Made by a program: the position numbers and the translations under genes. The notes below the pieces were generated by a model that was not told the DNA's origin, did not search any database, and saw only the letters and a list, made by a program, of their open reading frames with translations. A stretch of 64,000 nucleotides of DNA from contig NW_003314285.1 of assembly GCF_000143415.4 (NCBI RefSeq), positions 895,370 to 959,369 of the forward strand, written 5' to 3'. The stretch comes from Selaginella moellendorffii. Lineage: Eukaryota > Plantae > Lycopodiophyta. Position 1 is the first letter of the stretch. Every line of letters begins with the position of its first letter. Shown piece by piece: positions 60,378 to 64,000 of the stretch.

Positions 60378-63300
60378 ATGGATATGGCGCTGCGAGGCCT
60401 AGGCGATTCCATGGCGGCGCGTCTTGACCTTGGAAATGTAAGTATTTGTAGCTCGGGCTTGTGAATCTGCCTGCTTGGCTCAAGAAATCTCTCTGATCGC
60501 ATTGCATTGCGTGAAATTTCGGGTCTAGGTGTTACTCCCCGCTCGCTCCTCGCGGAGATGGGGGAGACCGACACTCGATCGGAAGTGTCGAAGTGGCTGG
60601 AGTGGGAGGTGTCGAGCACAAGGGCAAAACTCTGGCGTTCCTACACAAGAACAGGATAGAAAATCTCAGCAGGATGGGGCTCAGTATATGTTTCACGCCG
60701 AAAGTGGTGGCCAGGTCCGTGAATTTTCTTTTTTTCTTTTTTTGCACGAGAACATCGTGTGATCGTGAATTTCTACTGAAGGTCAGAGTTTCTGTCCAAG
60801 AGAACTCGCTAAAATACATGGTGAATGTTGAGGCGAACTTACCCGATATCTTTCCAGGCGAGTCTCCTATTCTTCTTCACTGGGTAACTTTTTGTTTTGT
60901 TTTGTTTTGTTTTGTGTTTTTTTTTTTTTTTTTTTTTCACGAACGTCTAGACTCTGGTAACTTGACAGGGCCTCTTCAGGTCTGATTCCACTGACTGGGT
61001 GCTTCTTGAGCCCAACGATGCTCCTGCGAGTACAAAATTTCTTGGTGGAAAGTAAGAAAAGTTCTCTCATATCAATTATCTGCGTTAAACATAGATTTTA
61101 TTTGATTTGTTCGCACAGAAACGAGGCAATGCAAACACCTATGCAGCAGCTCGCATCCTGTGTTCAAACTCTACAGCTCGAGCTTCCTTTAAACATGGCA
61201 CCTTTTTACGTTAGCTTCGTCCTCTGCAAGCCAGCGTCCAAGGACAGCGAAGACATGTGGATCAAGTAGGCCTTTTCTCCCTGCATCGTGTTCTAACGTT
61301 TCCTCAGAAGCAACTCCGGCTCAAACTTTTGCGTCCCTTTGGGACTGCGCACTGGACGCCCCGATCCTCTCGGCGTAACTCTAGAAGCGGATGGTTCCGC
61401 TAACTTTGCTCTGTATTCCAAAAATGCTGCAAACGTTACGCTCTGCCTCTATGGCCCGGAAGACATTGAGCCAGCAGTAAGTTCCTGTGCGTATGTTTTC
61501 TTCTTGTTAACATTCCTAAGTGTATAGATGGAAATTGATCTCGAGTCTGTCACTCATAGAACTGGAGACGTCTGGCACGTACAACTTCCAAGCATTGAAG
61601 GTTTTATCAGCTATGGTTACAGATGTAGAGTGAGTGGCGATCTCGTTTATCAGATCAAGTTACTAACAGGTATTCCAAACAGGGTGATGAAACCTGGGAA
61701 AATGGGAATCGTTTCCATAAGCGTCGCATTCTATTAGACCCTTACGCCAAGTTTGTTTCTCCATTCATCCCAGGCCAAGGTACTGAGCTTTTGTTCTTTT
61801 TCTCCCTGAAAATATGAAGTGTTATCGTGTAGAGGAACTGCCATCGCCTGCTACTGCTCTAGGCTTACTGCCAACAAATGTGCCGACGTTTGACTGGGAA
61901 GAGGAATCATCCCCTTGGTATTAGATTCCAAAACCATTGCTAGTTTCTAATGTATGAGCTTTTCAGTATTCCCCTGGAACAAGTTGTTGCCTACAGACTA
62001 GATGTCGCAGGGTTTACAAGTCATTCCTCCTGTGGGCTGGACGAGCGATTGCGTGGTACATTTTTGGGACTGGTTGAAAAGATATCACATTTTCAGTCTC
62101 TTGGTAAGAAGGCAGGCTAAGGTTCGTTTTGCTAATTCTGGTTGAACATGAAGGTGTTAATACGGTTATTGTACGTCCAATTTTCTCTTACGATAGATCT
62201 CAAGGTCCCTATTATCCTTTCAGGTATGAAATCTCAAACTGAAATAATTTGATTCGACTTTTCAATGCTTTTCATAGCTTTTTCTCTCCAATGGAAGACT
62301 ATGGTTCTGGTAGTAGTAGTCTGGATGCAAGCATCTCCTTCAAGGAAATGGTGAAAGCGCTACACAAAAATGGCATTGAGGTGACGCTGCTCTTTGTTTT
62401 GTTTTCTCTAAAGGTTATTTTATGTAGTTGATCTTGGACGTGGTGTATACACACACTTCTGAGAAAGGAGACGAGGATCCGGAAACTGTATCTTTTCGTG
62501 GAATTGATAATCAAACTTACTACATTCTTGACAAACAAAAACGGTATGCAAGTCATTTCATTCAAGGTGTTTATAGTTCCGTGTCGTTAAATGCTTAGGA
62601 TTTTGCAATCAAAGTTCGGTGCTGCGAACGTTTTCAACTGTAACCATCCTGCGGTACACAAAGTGGTGAGTGTGGATTCCTTTTTGTATTACAGCTTCCT
62701 TGTTTTTCAGGTTGTGGATAGTTTACGTTATTGGGTCGAAGAATACCATGTAGACGGATTTTGTTTTGTCAATGCTCGTGATCTCACGAGAGGACCGCAT
62801 GGAGAGGAGCTCTCTCGGCCACTTCTTCTCGAAGCTATCACTTTTGATCCCGTCCTTGCATCTACGAAACTGATTGCGGATCCGTACTCACCATTGTCTT
62901 CTGTTCCCGAGGTAATTCATGTGTAAGTTTGTTTCTCACTCTGTTTCCTCTGTGTTTTATTCTTCCAGCCTCTCAAGTTTCCACACTGGAAACGGTGGTG
63001 CGAATGCAACATAAACTTTCAAATGGATATGACTAGTTTCTTTCGAGGTGAACAAGGAAAGTTGAGTGATCTCGCAACCAGAATTTGCGGAAGGTATGAT
63101 TAATAACTTTTCAGTAAGATTAAGAAAGTGCTTTCTTTCCAGTGCTGATATGTTTGCAGATGAGCGAGGGCCATCTTTTTCTCTAAACCACATAACGAAT
63201 GCATATGGGTTCTCAAGGCTATCAGATTCAACATCTAACAGGTTAGAAGAAACATGATATGCTTTCAGAGGACTGATAAATTATGTTACAATCAACAGTG

Positions 63301-64000
63301 AAAATGCGTGTGTGTCTCAGAAAACAAGGTAAGCATTGTTTTCGTTGTGTGTGTTTGAACTAACGTTCTTAGCAGCAAAACGGAGCCAAATGTCGAACTT
63401 CAGGTATTTTAGACCCCGAAAATTGATTGTGCCTCATTTCCTACTCCTTTGCAGCTCCACAATCTTCTTGTTACACAATTCTTGTCGCGAGGGACCCCCG
63501 TCTTAAATATGGGAGATGAATATGGACTTTTAGACGACGGCAAGGCTATGTAAGACTGTTTGTTTTTAGAGCAGTTCTTTATCTAACACAAAATGTTAGA
63601 CAATTTGACTGGCAGAAGCTAGCCTCCGCAACGCACACAGTTAATCTTATTTCATCTCTTTCTTTATTGCGAAGTCAACACGAGAGCCTATTACAGGTTT
63701 TAACATATGGCACGCGATCTCAATATCCCATCTGTGTTTTTACTTGTGGCAGAAGAACAAGTACGTAAGTTCAGAAATGATCACATGGCACGGAGCAACA
63801 TATGAGGAAGAACCTCTATGGACTGATCCAAACAGGTACAGTTCGTATATTTCGGAAAACTAACCTTGACAAATTCACTTGCAGTAAATTTCTCGCTGTC
63901 ACTCTGGAAGACAATGATACTGGTGATCTCTGCATAGCTTTCAATGCAAGAGATGATGTCGTTGAATTGACTCTCACAGAAGAAGCAACATGGTATGCTA
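60378..64000 (+). CDS. ISA2: Isoamylase 2 (non-catalytic debranching subunit), intron-rich; runs off the window
   Basis: [70 protein letters not shown] (ISA2 signature in place of DGFRFDLA), [22 protein letters not shown]. Confidence 0.92.

Overview
Plant nuclear DNA with a compact layout: introns of about 50-70 nt, GC-rich gene blocks with 100-600 bp intergenic gaps, and AT-rich islands of decayed transposons. This style, the PLS-PPR gene and the gene content suggest the lycophyte Selaginella (inference, not verified). Genes in order: 3' end of a CLC channel, two very divergent OCT/SLC22-like half-transporters, RabA4, a head-to-head pair of kiwellin-ectodomain non-RD receptor kinases, RBOH, CLB1/SYT7, DUF1499, a CYP72-clan P450, a SWEET with a very long C-tail, an unknown multi-exon gene, a tandem cluster of small secreted 6-Cys Pin-II-like peptide genes (missed by the ORF track), LHCB4, a PLS-PPR, a Kazal inhibitor, PABP, cyclin A, a zinc-ribbon protein, mARC/MOSC, ENOD93 and an intron-rich ISA2 that runs off the end. 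Mobile DNA: one young 5-kb Ty3/gypsy element, two hypermutated relics of the same family, a copia relic and other fragments. Top candidates for novelty: (1) the paired kiwellin receptor kinases next to RBOH; (2) the Pin-II-like peptides that lack one whole disulfide pair; (3) a GGGAAAC slippery site plus H-type pseudoknot at the gypsy gag-pol junction; (4) the OCT-derived half-transporter pair. All assignments come from manual translation and remembered motifs; no database search was run.
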